From the NCBI GenBank assembly GCA_011364965.1, contig RDOB01000003.1, positions 192,001 through 256,000 of the forward strand: a stretch of 64,000 nucleotides of DNA, written 5' to 3'. How positions within the stretch are numbered: the first letter of the stretch is position 1; every line of letters begins with the position of its first letter. This document shows, piece by piece, positions 51,126-61,489 of this stretch. The notes beneath the pieces are model-generated. The model saw only the letters and a list, made by a program, of their open reading frames with translations. It made no database searches and was not told where the DNA came from. The position numbers were made by a program, and so were the translations under genes. This DNA comes from Candidatus Heimdallarchaeota archaeon (GTDB lineage: Archaea; Asgardarchaeota; Heimdallarchaeia; Hodarchaeales; Hodarchaeaceae).

Positions 51126-52202
51126 TTAGCTATTAGGATGGATTATTGTACGTATACTTTTTAATTCAGCGATTTCTTGAAATCCAACTTCCAGTTCTTC
51201 TAAAGGTCGAACCTTTGTTATAAGTTTACTCACATCGATCCGTTTATTTGCAATCAGGTGTCCAGCTTTGTAATAATCGCTAAGAGACCCATAACCAAAG
51301 GATCCTGTGAGTATAATTTCTTTATAATGTAAATCTCGCGGATCTATTTCTATTTTTACTCCCTTAGGAAAGCCTGCAAAGGAAATAAACCTCCCATGAG
51401 GAGCTAACATTTTTATCCCTTGCTCAGCTGCTTTTGCATTGCCAGTAGTATCAAAGACAACATCTACTCCGTCTTCAGTGATATCAAAAATGAACTTAAG
51501 TGGATCAGATTCTTGAACATTGAGGACATCAGAAGCTCCAAGCTTTTTTGCTATTTCAAGACGTTCATCTATCATCCCAGTAACTGTTATCCTATTAACC
51601 CCATAAACGTTGGCAAGTTGGATATGCAGTAATCCAATTCTCCCTTCACCTAAAATCACAATATTATCCGTAATTTTCACTTTTCCCTGCTCAAAACTTC
51701 GTATTACACATGCAAAGGGTTCAATGAAGGTTGCTTCATCATAACCTATTGATTCCTCTAATGGTATTAAATTCCAAGTCGGGACTCTAACAAATTGAGC
51801 AAAAGCACCATTGATCGGTTCGATTTCCTCCGTACCGTAACCAATGACAGATAATTGTGTACATAAATTAAATTTCGACTGCACACAATATTTGCATTGA
51901 AAACAAGGCATATCAGGGTTAGCACTAACTCTATCGCCTATTTTGTACCCCTTAACTTTTTCACCTAGGGAAACAATTGACCCAGAAAATTCATGTCCAA
52001 GAATGATGGGAAAAGAACAAGAAGACACTCCAGTATATTTCTTAACATCAGTAGCACAAATTCCAACAGATTCTACTTTAATTAATACTTCATTATAAGA
52101 AGGACGAGGTGTATCCACTCTTTCAATTCTTACATCTTTAGGTCCATAAATTAGACCTGCTTTCATTTGATCAGGGATCATCCAAATCACATTCAGACTC
52201 AT
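51126..52202 (-). CDS. Zn-dependent polyol(-phosphate) dehydrogenase (MDR family)
   Basis: GICATD, GHE, CFQCKYC..NLC, Rossmann GEGRIG. Confidence 0.92.
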   Translation of the reverse strand: MSLNVIWMIPDQMKAGLIYGPKDVRIERVDTPRPSYNEVLIKVESVGICATDVKKYTGVSSCSFPIILGHEFSGSIVSLGEKVKGYKIGDRVSANPDMPCFQCKYCVQSKFNLCTQLSVIGYGTEEIEPINGAFAQFVRVPTWNLIPLEESIGYDEATFIEPFACVIRSFEQGKVKITDNIVILGEGRIGLLHIQLANVYGVNRITVTGMIDERLEIAKKLGASDVLNVQESDPLKFIFDITEDGVDVVFDTTGNAKAAEQGIKMLAPHGRFISFAGFPKGVKIEIDPRDLHYKEIILTGSFGYGSLSDYYKAGHLIANKRIDVSKLITKVRPLEELEVGFQEIAELKSIRTIIHPNS

Positions 52203-52825
52203 TTAGAATTCTCGAGGACTTTCATCCATAAAATTGTTCTTGCTGTAGTTTCTAATGATTCCAGAGCATAGAAAGTTTTCATAAGACTCTTTCCTGCGAC
52301 TAGAACACCATGTTTTTCAAGCAAGCAGGCTATTGCGGGTTGATTCGGAGGAGGGTACAAACCTTTCTCAACTGATTTAAGGGTTTTTGCGGCAATCTCT
52401 GCTAAATCCTGAGTTCCAGGAACGCGATAAGGAGCGACTGGCACAAATCCGACTTCTTCTTCAGCAAAGGTTGTAGCTGCTTCGATTGCCATTCCCATGG
52501 TTGCAAAAACCATTGTATTAGGTGAATGCGCATGAATAACTGCATTAACGTCTTTTATGTCCCTATAAACTGTCAAATGCATTGGTGTTTCACTTGATGG
52601 ACGATTTCCACGGGGTCCTTCAATAATCTCGCCCTTTTTGTTGATAATAATGAAATCTTTTCCCCGAATGTCACCAAAACAATAATCTGCAGGTTTTATT
52701 AAAAAAGTATCATTATCAAGTTTTACGCTAATATTTCCACCTGTACTATAGGTGAGTCCTTTTTCATAAATCTGTCGACAAACTCTAGCCATGTCCTGTT
52801 TAAGAGTTAATTGCTTTTTTGTCAT
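52199..52825 (-). CDS. Class II aldolase/epimerase (FucA/AraD family)
   Basis: GGNISV, PSSETPMH, HAHS, HGV; start moved to ATG 52825. Confidence 0.9.
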   Translation of the reverse strand: MTKKQLTLKQDMARVCRQIYEKGLTYSTGGNISVKLDNDTFLIKPADYCFGDIRGKDFIIINKKGEIIEGPRGNRPSSETPMHLTVYRDIKDVNAVIHAHSPNTMVFATMGMAIEAATTFAEEEVGFVPVAPYRVPGTQDLAEIAAKTLKSVEKGLYPPPNQPAIACLLEKHGVLVAGKSLMKTFYALESLETTARTILWMKVLENSK

Positions 52826-53012
52826 GGAAATACCACCTATGGGGATTCTTTTGAATATATTGATTATCCGAAAAGATTCAGTGTAATAATATGAAAGTAA
52901 TCTAACAGAAGTAACAGAACTAATCCTCAATTACCTAATATTTATCCAGTTTGATCAAAGAATAGATTAAACAAGCTATAAATCAATTTTATAAGGAAAT
53001 ACTGAGTTAAAC

Positions 53013-53339
53013 TCATTCTCCCTGTAGAACATTCAATATATCTTGTTCTAATTGCTCTTTATTCATACCAGAAAGAAATGGAATCGCATTAAGAATCGGA
53101 ACGCCATTGATTGTCCTTTTTCCATCCTCTGTTGTTTCCCCAGAGACCTTGGTGCTAGATACTATAAGATCATATTTTTGAAAATTGGTTTTGGACTTTA
53201 CCTCAAACGATTTACATTGATTTACATCAGCTGGGATTTTGTTCGCTTTACATAATTCTTTAACTTTTGTTGCGACAACAGTAGCAGTTGCGATTGCAGT
53301 TCCACAAGCGACCAATATTTTCTTAACCATATAGATCAT
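53013..53339 (-). CDS. PTS enzyme IIB, galactitol family
   Basis: ILVACGTAIATAT phospho-Cys loop. Confidence 0.92.
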   Translation of the reverse strand: MIYMVKKILVACGTAIATATVVATKVKELCKANKIPADVNQCKSFEVKSKTNFQKYDLIVSSTKVSGETTEDGKRTINGVPILNAIPFLSGMNKEQLEQDILNVLQGE

Positions 53340-53514
53340 TCCTCTTTATCGACTCTTTCATTCACGCATTCTTTGGAATAAATTAGTCCTTTTAATAACT
53401 ATCAATGAAATATTCTGATCCAGTTTAGACAAATATATTATTTTACTATAAAAAATATCCGTAACAAAAATTTGAATAGTTCTGCAGACTTCTCTAAACT
53501 TGGCTAGAAGAATT

Positions 53515-53549
53515 AAAAAAAAAGAGGGGAGGGGGAGCGTTTTTACGCT
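53515..53549 (-). terminator. Hairpin plus pyrimidine/U tract after the IIC gene
   Basis: Minus strand: AGCGT-AAAA-ACGCT, CCCCCTCCCCTC, then T9. Confidence 0.6.
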
Positions 53550-53560
53550 TGGATCAATTT

Positions 53561-55138
53561 TCAGGTGTGGATCTTTTCCTCAGAAATTCGTGTAGGTTCG
53601 TCTTTAAGCTTGAGCCAAAGAAGGATGTAACCAATCCACCATAAAATATCTATGGCAAACCAAACGATATACCCACTTGAAGTAAAGACGTCAGTCCAAG
53701 CAGACATCTGGAAGAGTGGGAATATAAGAAGAATCAGCATCCAATGAACACTGTTGCTACCCGCATCTAACGAAGTGATTGTTAAACCAGTTTCGCCAAA
53801 GTAGAAACCAGTTAGGTCGAAACCAGCAATTCCTCCGGCTGCGGTCATCAATGGGGCCATGATACCTGCAGTATACAAAATAACTATCAATTGTATAGTG
53901 CCTGAAATGACTCCACGAACGATATTTCCTTTGGATGGCATGACAGCAAGAACCGAGTAGAAAACCATACCAGCTAAATCGGCATAGGGCAAAACTATGA
54001 TTCCGAATGGTGCTGGAAGCAGACTAAAGATGACAGCCAACAAAATCGATATTGGAATCATAAGAAGAGCAACAGCAATAACAGCTGGATACCCAACAAT
54101 GATGGCCATATCCATTCCAATAATAAACTCACGGCCAGGATATTTTTGAGTGATATAGTCTCGAATACCCTCGGAGAGAGGAATCAATCCTTCCATCAAA
54201 ACAGCAACCATCTTAGGGATCAAATACATAACAGCTGCGGAAGTCATTGCTACATTAGCAATTATGACTAAGGTATCCCAGAAAGTTGCGAAATCCAATA
54301 ATCCGGGAAAATAACCTAAAAACCCAATGAGACCTCCAATGACAAGTCCAATGAAGATAGGTTCACCAATGAGACCCAATCTCTCTTGAACTGTTTCTGG
54401 ATCAGCTTTTACGTCTCCAAGTCCAGGAATCTTTTTGATAACTTTATCAATTCCAAAGGCGTATGGAGCCATCATAGCATTCCCGTGTGGTAACGAAATT
54501 CCTGGAAGATTAAAGTTCTCAGGATCAGCCATACATGGAGCAATCCAATCTGAGATTTTATATGCCATTATACAATGTATAATCGCAAAAACCATTGCCA
54601 AGAAGTAAGCCATTAGCTCACCCATGTGAGGTTGGACTACCACATATGTTAAGGCTGCTGTAAAACCAAAAGCCCAGTAGTTCCACAAGTCTACATCTAG
54701 AGTCTTGGTACCTAAGGGAATTGCTTTTCCAGCAATATTTAGAGTTCTATTCCCTAGTGCTAACATGATAAGGTTCACAAGGAAACATACGATGATAACT
54801 CCAAAAGCTGTCGGCATAGCCCACGTAATACTGCTCGCTAAACCCCAACCAGCATCAATAGCTGTTAAGGTAACACCTGTTTGTTCCACGAACGCTGCAG
54901 TGGCTGGACCAATCGCACCCATGAAAACATCAAATGCGAAAGTGAAAATCCCAATGAAACCAATTCCAATAAGAATTCCACTACGGAGTGACTTTGAAAA
55001 TCCCTGTCTAAAGATAAGACCAAGGATTAAGATAATAATTGGCATGAAAATAACTGGACCAGCAGCAAAAAGGAAATTGATCGGGCCACTAATCAGATTG
55101 TTCAGAGCATCAAACAATTCTGCTTGCATTACTACCAA
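53561..55138 (-). CDS. PTS enzyme IIC, galactitol (GatC/SgcC) family
   Basis: IGIGFIGI, IDAGW, TKTLDVDLWNYW, EGLIPLSE, IGMD, LPYADL. Confidence 0.93.
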   Translation of the reverse strand: MVVMQAELFDALNNLISGPINFLFAAGPVIFMPIIILILGLIFRQGFSKSLRSGILIGIGFIGIFTFAFDVFMGAIGPATAAFVEQTGVTLTAIDAGWGLASSITWAMPTAFGVIIVCFLVNLIMLALGNRTLNIAGKAIPLGTKTLDVDLWNYWAFGFTAALTYVVVQPHMGELMAYFLAMVFAIIHCIMAYKISDWIAPCMADPENFNLPGISLPHGNAMMAPYAFGIDKVIKKIPGLGDVKADPETVQERLGLIGEPIFIGLVIGGLIGFLGYFPGLLDFATFWDTLVIIANVAMTSAAVMYLIPKMVAVLMEGLIPLSEGIRDYITQKYPGREFIIGMDMAIIVGYPAVIAVALLMIPISILLAVIFSLLPAPFGIIVLPYADLAGMVFYSVLAVMPSKGNIVRGVISGTIQLIVILYTAGIMAPLMTAAGGIAGFDLTGFYFGETGLTITSLDAGSNSVHWMLILLIFPLFQMSAWTDVFTSSGYIVWFAIDILWWIGYILLWLKLKDEPTRISEEKIHT

Positions 55139-55419
55139 ATTAATTCACCGTAAACGGTTTTTTTGTGCGTTATTAGAATTTGAGAAAAATTCATCCTCAA
55201 ATTGCAGATCAATGATTGATGAACCGATCTTATATAAATCTATCTATATCAAAATGCTTTTAGAAGCGTTAGAACTGTCTAATACCCTCTTCACTCACAT
55301 AGAAAATAACGATTTATACACAGAAGATTTTAATTACTATGTATTGATAATTATGAAGTAAGCTAACTAAAATTATAGCTTACACTAGAAATTTCCAGCC
55401 TTTTTAAGTTTCACTCTGA

Positions 55420-56088
55420 TTATCCAAAACCACCTTCTCGCATTATTTGAATAGACGAACTTGAAGCAATCCGTGATGCCCCAGCTTTAATCATAGCAAC
55501 TGCATCTTCAAAATGTCGAATCCCTCCTGCAGCTTTTACTTTTATTCTATCACCTACTGTTTGATGAAGCAACATTATGTCATGGACTGTTGCTCCAGCA
55601 GGAGCATATCCTGTACTAGTTTTAACGAAAGCTGCTCCAGCATCAGCAACAGCTATTGCTGCTTTCCTCTTCATTTCATCAGTTAAGTAAGCAGTTTCTA
55701 TAATGACTTTCACTCCAACATTTTGTGAAACTTTGATTACCGCTTCAATGTCTTTCTGAACGACATCCCACTTACTTTCCTTAATAGCGCCAAGATTTGC
55801 AACCATATCAATTTCCGTTGCCCCATTAGTTATACATTTCTCTGCCTCCCATGCTTTCCACTCTGAAGAAATAGCACCAAAGGGAAAAGCAATACAGGGG
55901 TTAACATGAATTTCGGTTCCTTTTAACAACGATGTTGCAAGCTTTATGTGGACAGGATTCACTGAAAGCGCTGCAAAATTCCATTCTTTCGCCTCACCGG
56001 CCATTCGAATTACATCTGATTCCCCAAAAAAAGGTTTAAGGGCTGAATGATCCATATATTTAGCAAATTCTTTTTTTGTAAATTTCAT
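55420..56088 (-). CDS. deoC: Deoxyribose-phosphate aldolase
   Basis: MDHSAL, EIDMV, KVIIET, FVKTSTG, KAAGGIR. Confidence 0.93.
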   Translation of the reverse strand: MKFTKKEFAKYMDHSALKPFFGESDVIRMAGEAKEWNFAALSVNPVHIKLATSLLKGTEIHVNPCIAFPFGAISSEWKAWEAEKCITNGATEIDMVANLGAIKESKWDVVQKDIEAVIKVSQNVGVKVIIETAYLTDEMKRKAAIAVADAGAAFVKTSTGYAPAGATVHDIMLLHQTVGDRIKVKAAGGIRHFEDAVAMIKAGASRIASSSSIQIMREGGFG

Positions 56089-56102
56089 TTATCCTCATCT
56101 AT

Positions 56103-57341
56103 TTAATTAATTTTATACCATTTGAGAACCTTTTCAACAGCATGGATTATAGAATCTAAATCGTTCCGATTTAAACTAGGACTACAACCAGTTAACCAAA
56201 TAGCACGATCTGAATAATTAGCTGCTTCAGGACACATTTTGCTATAATCTACAAGACTTAATCCTGTATAGTAATGACAATCCCATGGACACTTCGTGGT
56301 TCCATAAATCTGATGATTCTGATAGAATGGCTGTAAATTATCTGGCAAAACTGGTGCATCACATAAAATACCTTCAGATCGAATGGCCTTCACGATTTCA
56401 TCTCGCGAAGCGCAGAATTGTTTCAATTCCAGTAAAAGGGTGTATTTCCACCACACTCCTTTGCCATAATTAGGTTCTTTTGGAATTTGAAGTCCATCTA
56501 TTTCTAAAGATTCCAACTGTTTCGAAAGAAAAGCAGCATTTTCACGCCGTATAGAAATATTATTTTCAATTCGTTTTACTTGTCCTACTCCCAACGCTCC
56601 CATTAGTTCTGTCATTCTATAATTATATCCTAATCCATCAAAATAATCTCCTTTACCAGGAACTTTCGCAAAATTACCGTAGTGTTTTGCTTTGTCCGCT
56701 AAGAATTGATCATCAGAAACAAGAAATCCTCCTTCGCCTGTGGTAATGATTTTATTCCAAACTGTTGAGAAACTACCAAAAATACCAAGAGTACCAACCT
56801 TGCAATTTTTATAAGATGCCCCCAAGGCCTCAGCGGCATCCTCGACAATTGGAATGTTATATTGCTCCCCAATTTCGAGAATAGGATCCAAATCAGCGGG
56901 AAGTCCCCATGTATGAACAACAGATATTGCTTTAGTTCGGGAAGTTATTTTTTTCCGAACATCTTCTGGATTAATGAACCCAAACTCAGGATCAACATCA
57001 GCATAGATTGGAATGGCATTTTGATATAAACTTGGGGTACCACTAGAGATCCATCCGAGTGGAGAACAGATAACTTCATCTCCAGGACCAATATCCAGCG
57101 CAATTAAGGAAAGATGCATAGTACTCGTTCCATTATTAGCTAATACTATGTATTTACTCCCAAGATAATCCTTAATCATTTCTCCAAACTTATTTGCCCA
57201 TATACCATGAGTTTGGACAAGCTTTCGAGATTTAAGCACTTCCAGGACATTTTTTGATTCTTCTTCTCCTAGATTTACCTCAAATAATGGTAAGGGATCT
57301 TTTCTTACAGGCACTCCTCCATGGAGAGCTAATTTTTCCAA
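56103..57341 (-). CDS. DegT/DnrJ/EryC1/StrS sugar aminotransferase
   Basis: NNGT, EDAAEALG, NKIITTGEGG, GYNYRM. Confidence 0.93.
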   Translation of the reverse strand: MEKLALHGGVPVRKDPLPLFEVNLGEEESKNVLEVLKSRKLVQTHGIWANKFGEMIKDYLGSKYIVLANNGTSTMHLSLIALDIGPGDEVICSPLGWISSGTPSLYQNAIPIYADVDPEFGFINPEDVRKKITSRTKAISVVHTWGLPADLDPILEIGEQYNIPIVEDAAEALGASYKNCKVGTLGIFGSFSTVWNKIITTGEGGFLVSDDQFLADKAKHYGNFAKVPGKGDYFDGLGYNYRMTELMGALGVGQVKRIENNISIRRENAAFLSKQLESLEIDGLQIPKEPNYGKGVWWKYTLLLELKQFCASRDEIVKAIRSEGILCDAPVLPDNLQPFYQNHQIYGTTKCPWDCHYYTGLSLVDYSKMCPEAANYSDRAIWLTGCSPSLNRNDLDSIIHAVEKVLKWYKIN

Positions 57342-57529
57342 TTTTTCATCAAATCCTTAAAATTAAAAATTAAAACTCAAATAACATCAGTCAATATTAG
57401 TAATTATCGTAACAAAATTACTAAACTTTTTGTTTTTGAAGTGATATTATTGTTAATGAGAACCAAAATCAATCTCTGCTCTCATTTTTTCCAAATAAAG
57501 ACAAATTTAAACTTCACCATCAAATGAAA

Positions 57530-58561
57530 CTAAGATAAATCATCTAGATAACTTTTGGAATTATATTCATCAAGTGCTTCGTATCCACGAGCAACTATTT
57601 CTGTTAAATAGCACACTTGGTCTGCCTGTTCTAGTAAGCTTGACAATAGCCTTGCTAGAAACCATGTAGGTTCATCAGAAGACTCTTCAGAAATAATAGC
57701 CAACATAGGTTGAACTTGGTATTTCTTATTCTTCACTTCTTCGTGTGTGGAAAGAGCTTTAGAAATATCTTTGTTGAGGAAAGCTTTAATTGCATCATCA
57801 AGGAGTTCTATGAGTTTATCAGAAATTTCACGAACCATCGATTCAGTTTCAGGGGTAAGAAATGAAGCTTGAAATTTCCCAATTCGCTCTGCTAGTTCAC
57901 GACAGGAGCGACCAAGGACTTCACCTTGATACACAACAATCTGGTAATTTAAACATTCGAAAGGATATAGGTTCAATTCCTCTAAGGGGTCTTCGAGTGA
58001 TTGTTGTAACAGACGAACAGTAAAATAATATACACGGTCTACCTCAGAGTATCTTTTAATGATTCGGTCTTTAATTTCTTCATCTTGAGTAAAAATAGCT
58101 GATATAGCATCATCCAACATAGAAAATGAAAGAGCATAGATTTTTCTAAGAAGAGTTTGAAGATCTAAGACTGATGTAGCTATAAATTGAATTTCTAGTT
58201 GATTAGGGGCCTCACGTATTATTTCAAGACCGATTTGATGCCGAATCTCTTCACGAATTTTATCTGGATCTAAAATTTTTTTCTTTCCTTCTGTAGGAAC
58301 CACAATCATTGTATCAAAACCTGTAACATAGCGTGCAAGAATCTCTAGCTCTATTTTTTCATTTTCAGAAATAGTTGTACTTTTTCTAGGTTGAATCCTA
58401 GGATTACGAGGATAGAGTAAAAGGTATGTTTCATTTTCAATTCGAATTCCAATTTCATCTTTAGCTTCCAAGCCATTCCGCTCAATCCATTCACGAGGAA
58501 GACTTACAAGATATGTACGAGCTCCAGTGAGCTGTAAACTACGGGTGATATCTTTTGGCAT
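57530..58561 (-). CDS. AbrB-PhoU archaeal regulator
   Basis: RSLQLTGARTYLVSLPREW, YVTGFD, PhoU repeats. Confidence 0.88.
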   Translation of the reverse strand: MPKDITRSLQLTGARTYLVSLPREWIERNGLEAKDEIGIRIENETYLLLYPRNPRIQPRKSTTISENEKIELEILARYVTGFDTMIVVPTEGKKKILDPDKIREEIRHQIGLEIIREAPNQLEIQFIATSVLDLQTLLRKIYALSFSMLDDAISAIFTQDEEIKDRIIKRYSEVDRVYYFTVRLLQQSLEDPLEELNLYPFECLNYQIVVYQGEVLGRSCRELAERIGKFQASFLTPETESMVREISDKLIELLDDAIKAFLNKDISKALSTHEEVKNKKYQVQPMLAIISEESSDEPTWFLARLLSSLLEQADQVCYLTEIVARGYEALDEYNSKSYLDDLS

Positions 58562-58639
58562 CGAAATAACAACCTAATAAGCTAGATATACATTCAACAT
58601 CTGACTTAATCAAAGTTAATATATAATTCCATCTAGTTT

Positions 58640-60076
58640 TTAAGTCGAGTAATAAACGGGTAAAGAGAACTTAAATGTAGATCCTTTATCTAGTCCATCA
58701 CTTCTTACTGTAATTATCCCTTGGTGACTCTCAACGATTTTTTTACATAAATAAAGCCCAATTCCAGTCCCTTTTGAGGAATATTTGGTAGGAATCGTTA
58801 TAAACTGATCAAATATTTTCTCAAGATTGTTCTTAGCAATCCCAGCTCCGTTATCTTTCACATTGATAACAATTTTCTTTTTCTTAAGAGTAACGCTTAA
58901 TTCAATTTTCCTAGTATCCTTTGGGGTATTATTAACTGCATTATCTACTAAATTGGCCAACACCTGACTAATTCGATCCTTATCCATTTCCACAAGTATT
59001 TTTCCATGATGATCACATGAATGAAATATGAAAGATGACCCCAATAGGATTTGAAAGCTCAAAACTTCCCCTTGCAAGAAATCACAAAAATCTACAACCT
59101 CTTTATTTAGTTCAAATACTCCACGTTCAAATTTATAAATATCAGAGATACCTTTGGTTAGGATTTCAAGCTTCTTGATATTCCTGCCAATAATATCGAC
59201 AAATTGGTTTTCCTTCAATTCAGGATGAATTAGTTGAATAGCATCAATGGCTCCTTTTATACTACTGATTGGATTTTTCAGTTCATGAGTAGCTATTTCA
59301 ATAAATCTTTGACGCTGCTGCTCAAGTTCAACTCTCATAATTTCAACTTTCTTCCGGTCAGTAATATCCAAAGCAGTTGTTAAAAATACTTCTTCATTTT
59401 TAAAATGAACAATCTTCTCAGTATTAGTTAAAATACTGTATTCAGACCCATCTGGTTGAATCCTTTGTAGTTCTACGTTTTTAACCCTTCCTGAAATTCT
59501 TAATTCCTTCATAAGCTGTTCTCTTTGATTTGGGTCAGCATAAGTATTCAGTAGATTAACTTCATTAGTATCAAGATCAGTTAATCCCATTATTTCTAGC
59601 ATTTTTTGATTGCAGGTCAATATTTTTCCTTCTTCATTAGAAGTACCAATTCCAATTGGAGCTGACTCAAAAAGAAGTCTATAGAGATCCTCCGCTTCTT
59701 TTCGGTCTGTTATATCTAAAGTTAAATTCAAAATATACGGTTTATTATTTAATTTAGCCAATTCGATATTTGTTAAAGTATAACAGGTAGTACCGTCCTT
59801 TCTCTTCCGTTGAATCTCCAAATTCACGACTCTACCTTTCTCCAATAATTCTCGTAAGCTTTTCTCTCTATCCCGCACATCCAAGAACGTATCTCTCATA
59901 TCAACTTGTTTTAACTCAACAGGTGTATACCCTAAAATTTCTGCAATTTTTTTATTATAAAAAATAACATTACCCTCGAAATCAGAGATACCAATTCCGA
60001 TAGGAGCCTGTTCAGTAATAAATTTGTACAGTGCGCCTGTTTCTATGAGAGACCGAACCTCATCACTATCATACAT
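58640..60076 (-). CDS. Cytoplasmic PAS-PAS histidine kinase
   Basis: Two PAS/PAC domains (DITDRK), HELKNP, NLVDNA, DNGAGI, GTGIGL; start taken at Met51 of the ORF. Confidence 0.9.
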   Translation of the reverse strand: MYDSDEVRSLIETGALYKFITEQAPIGIGISDFEGNVIFYNKKIAEILGYTPVELKQVDMRDTFLDVRDREKSLRELLEKGRVVNLEIQRKRKDGTTCYTLTNIELAKLNNKPYILNLTLDITDRKEAEDLYRLLFESAPIGIGTSNEEGKILTCNQKMLEIMGLTDLDTNEVNLLNTYADPNQREQLMKELRISGRVKNVELQRIQPDGSEYSILTNTEKIVHFKNEEVFLTTALDITDRKKVEIMRVELEQQRQRFIEIATHELKNPISSIKGAIDAIQLIHPELKENQFVDIIGRNIKKLEILTKGISDIYKFERGVFELNKEVVDFCDFLQGEVLSFQILLGSSFIFHSCDHHGKILVEMDKDRISQVLANLVDNAVNNTPKDTRKIELSVTLKKKKIVINVKDNGAGIAKNNLEKIFDQFITIPTKYSSKGTGIGLYLCKKIVESHQGIITVRSDGLDKGSTFKFSLPVYYST

Positions 60077-60151
60077 ATGATATTTTACACTGTATAGGAA
60101 TTTAAATATACGTAAATATCTCGAATTTTCGAACCCTGTGGACATAAGATA

Positions 60152-60923
60152 ATGATCTACATTTTCATGATAATTGACTTCATTTTTTGCCTCATCATGA
60201 TCAGTATTTATATCATTAAATACCAAGGCCTAGCAATAGAGATCTATCAACCTGGTGCAGCTTGGACACGTGCATTAATTTATTTTGCCTTTTGTAATCT
60301 ATTCTCTGCGCTTACTGGAACACTAAAGAGTCTTTTAAGCCAACCATTTGTCACTAATGAACAATTAGAAGACCCTATATGGATTATATTATGTGGAATT
60401 TGTTTTATTTATATTTTCTTCCATATTGGATCATGTGGGCTCGAATGACATTCACATTCACCGTAAATATTACATCGGTTCTGAGATAATATTTGGTCTA
60501 CTATGGGGAATCAGTGAGGGGCAAATTCTCCTATCTTTCTATCATATATGGAGCTTGACTTCAATGCCTAAATTAATGGTCTTTTTATGTTCCTATGTAT
60601 GTATGGGAACGTGGTAATATTTTATTCAAGATTATTTCTGGGATGTGAAAGTTAGTCCAGAACATGATACCCCAAAATCAATTATGCTAAAAACGCTTAT
60701 TTCTCATATTCCGAATATAGCAATTTGTTTCCTTTTTTTAGTTTTTTATAATAATTACTTAATATTTGTAGCTACTCAGACATTTGCATTGATTGCTTCG
60801 TCCATCTTTCAGAAATTTCCCGCACCGTGGGCTAAAGAGGAATTTCATGTTCCAATGGTTAAACTTGGGCTATTTGGTTTTCAAAGAGGAGCTGGTTACC
60901 AAGAAAAAGTTAGAATGTATTAA
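60152..60923 (+). pseudogene. Disrupted membrane protein (2 frameshifts plus in-frame stop)
   Basis: The three ORF pieces join as ...IF/FPYWIMWARMTF/HRKYYIGSEIIFGLLWG...GTW*YFIQDYFWDVKVSPEHDT... Confidence 0.75.
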
Positions 60924-60924
60924 A

Positions 60925-61455
60925 TTAGGTAAAATTCCACAGTACATCATCTAAATGAAACTTTTTGCGACTATATTCTAAATCGTGCTTAGAGAATCCC
61001 TCCTCGACGGAGGAAAAGCAGATTAAAGTCTTTGTTCGAGCAACACCTTCCATTTCAGTAATCTTAAGCAAGTTCAGTTCTAAAGAATCAAGGTTCCGAG
61101 TTTTCATTTTGAAAATCACATCATCTTCACCAGCAATATGATGAAACTCCAAAATCTCAAGTTCGTCCATACGGGTGAGGATTTCCTGATAAGTGAACTC
61201 CCACACACGACGAGTACGATCAAGACGGATTAAAACAAAAGCTGTAATCTGTTTGCCAAGAAGTTTCTCATTAAGATGAATAGAATATCGAAAAACATTA
61301 TTAGCTTCGAGTTCTTTCAAACGCTTTTGAAGAGTAGAGCGAGGGGTTTTTAAATGCTCAGCTAGCTCGGATTGGGTCATTGAGGGGAATTTATGTAGTA
61401 ATTCGAGCATCTTTCGATCACGAGAAGTTAATTGAAAGGAATCATCAACAACCAA
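60925..61455 (-). CDS. Lrp/AsnC-family regulator
   Basis: N-terminal HTH; RAM domain HHIAGEDDVIFK. Confidence 0.92.
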   Translation of the reverse strand: MVVDDSFQLTSRDRKMLELLHKFPSMTQSELAEHLKTPRSTLQKRLKELEANNVFRYSIHLNEKLLGKQITAFVLIRLDRTRRVWEFTYQEILTRMDELEILEFHHIAGEDDVIFKMKTRNLDSLELNLLKITEMEGVARTKTLICFSSVEEGFSKHDLEYSRKKFHLDDVLWNFT

Positions 61456-61489
61456 GATTCTTCAACAACTTTTTACTAATTATTAAGCC

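Noticed and set aside
54705-55361. 218-aa plus-strand ORF
   Set aside because: Antisense shadow of the IIC gene with no recognisable motifs
60077-60226. N-terminal 50 aa of the PAS kinase ORF
   Set aside because: Overlaps the divergent membrane-protein pseudogene; Met51 is the more plausible start
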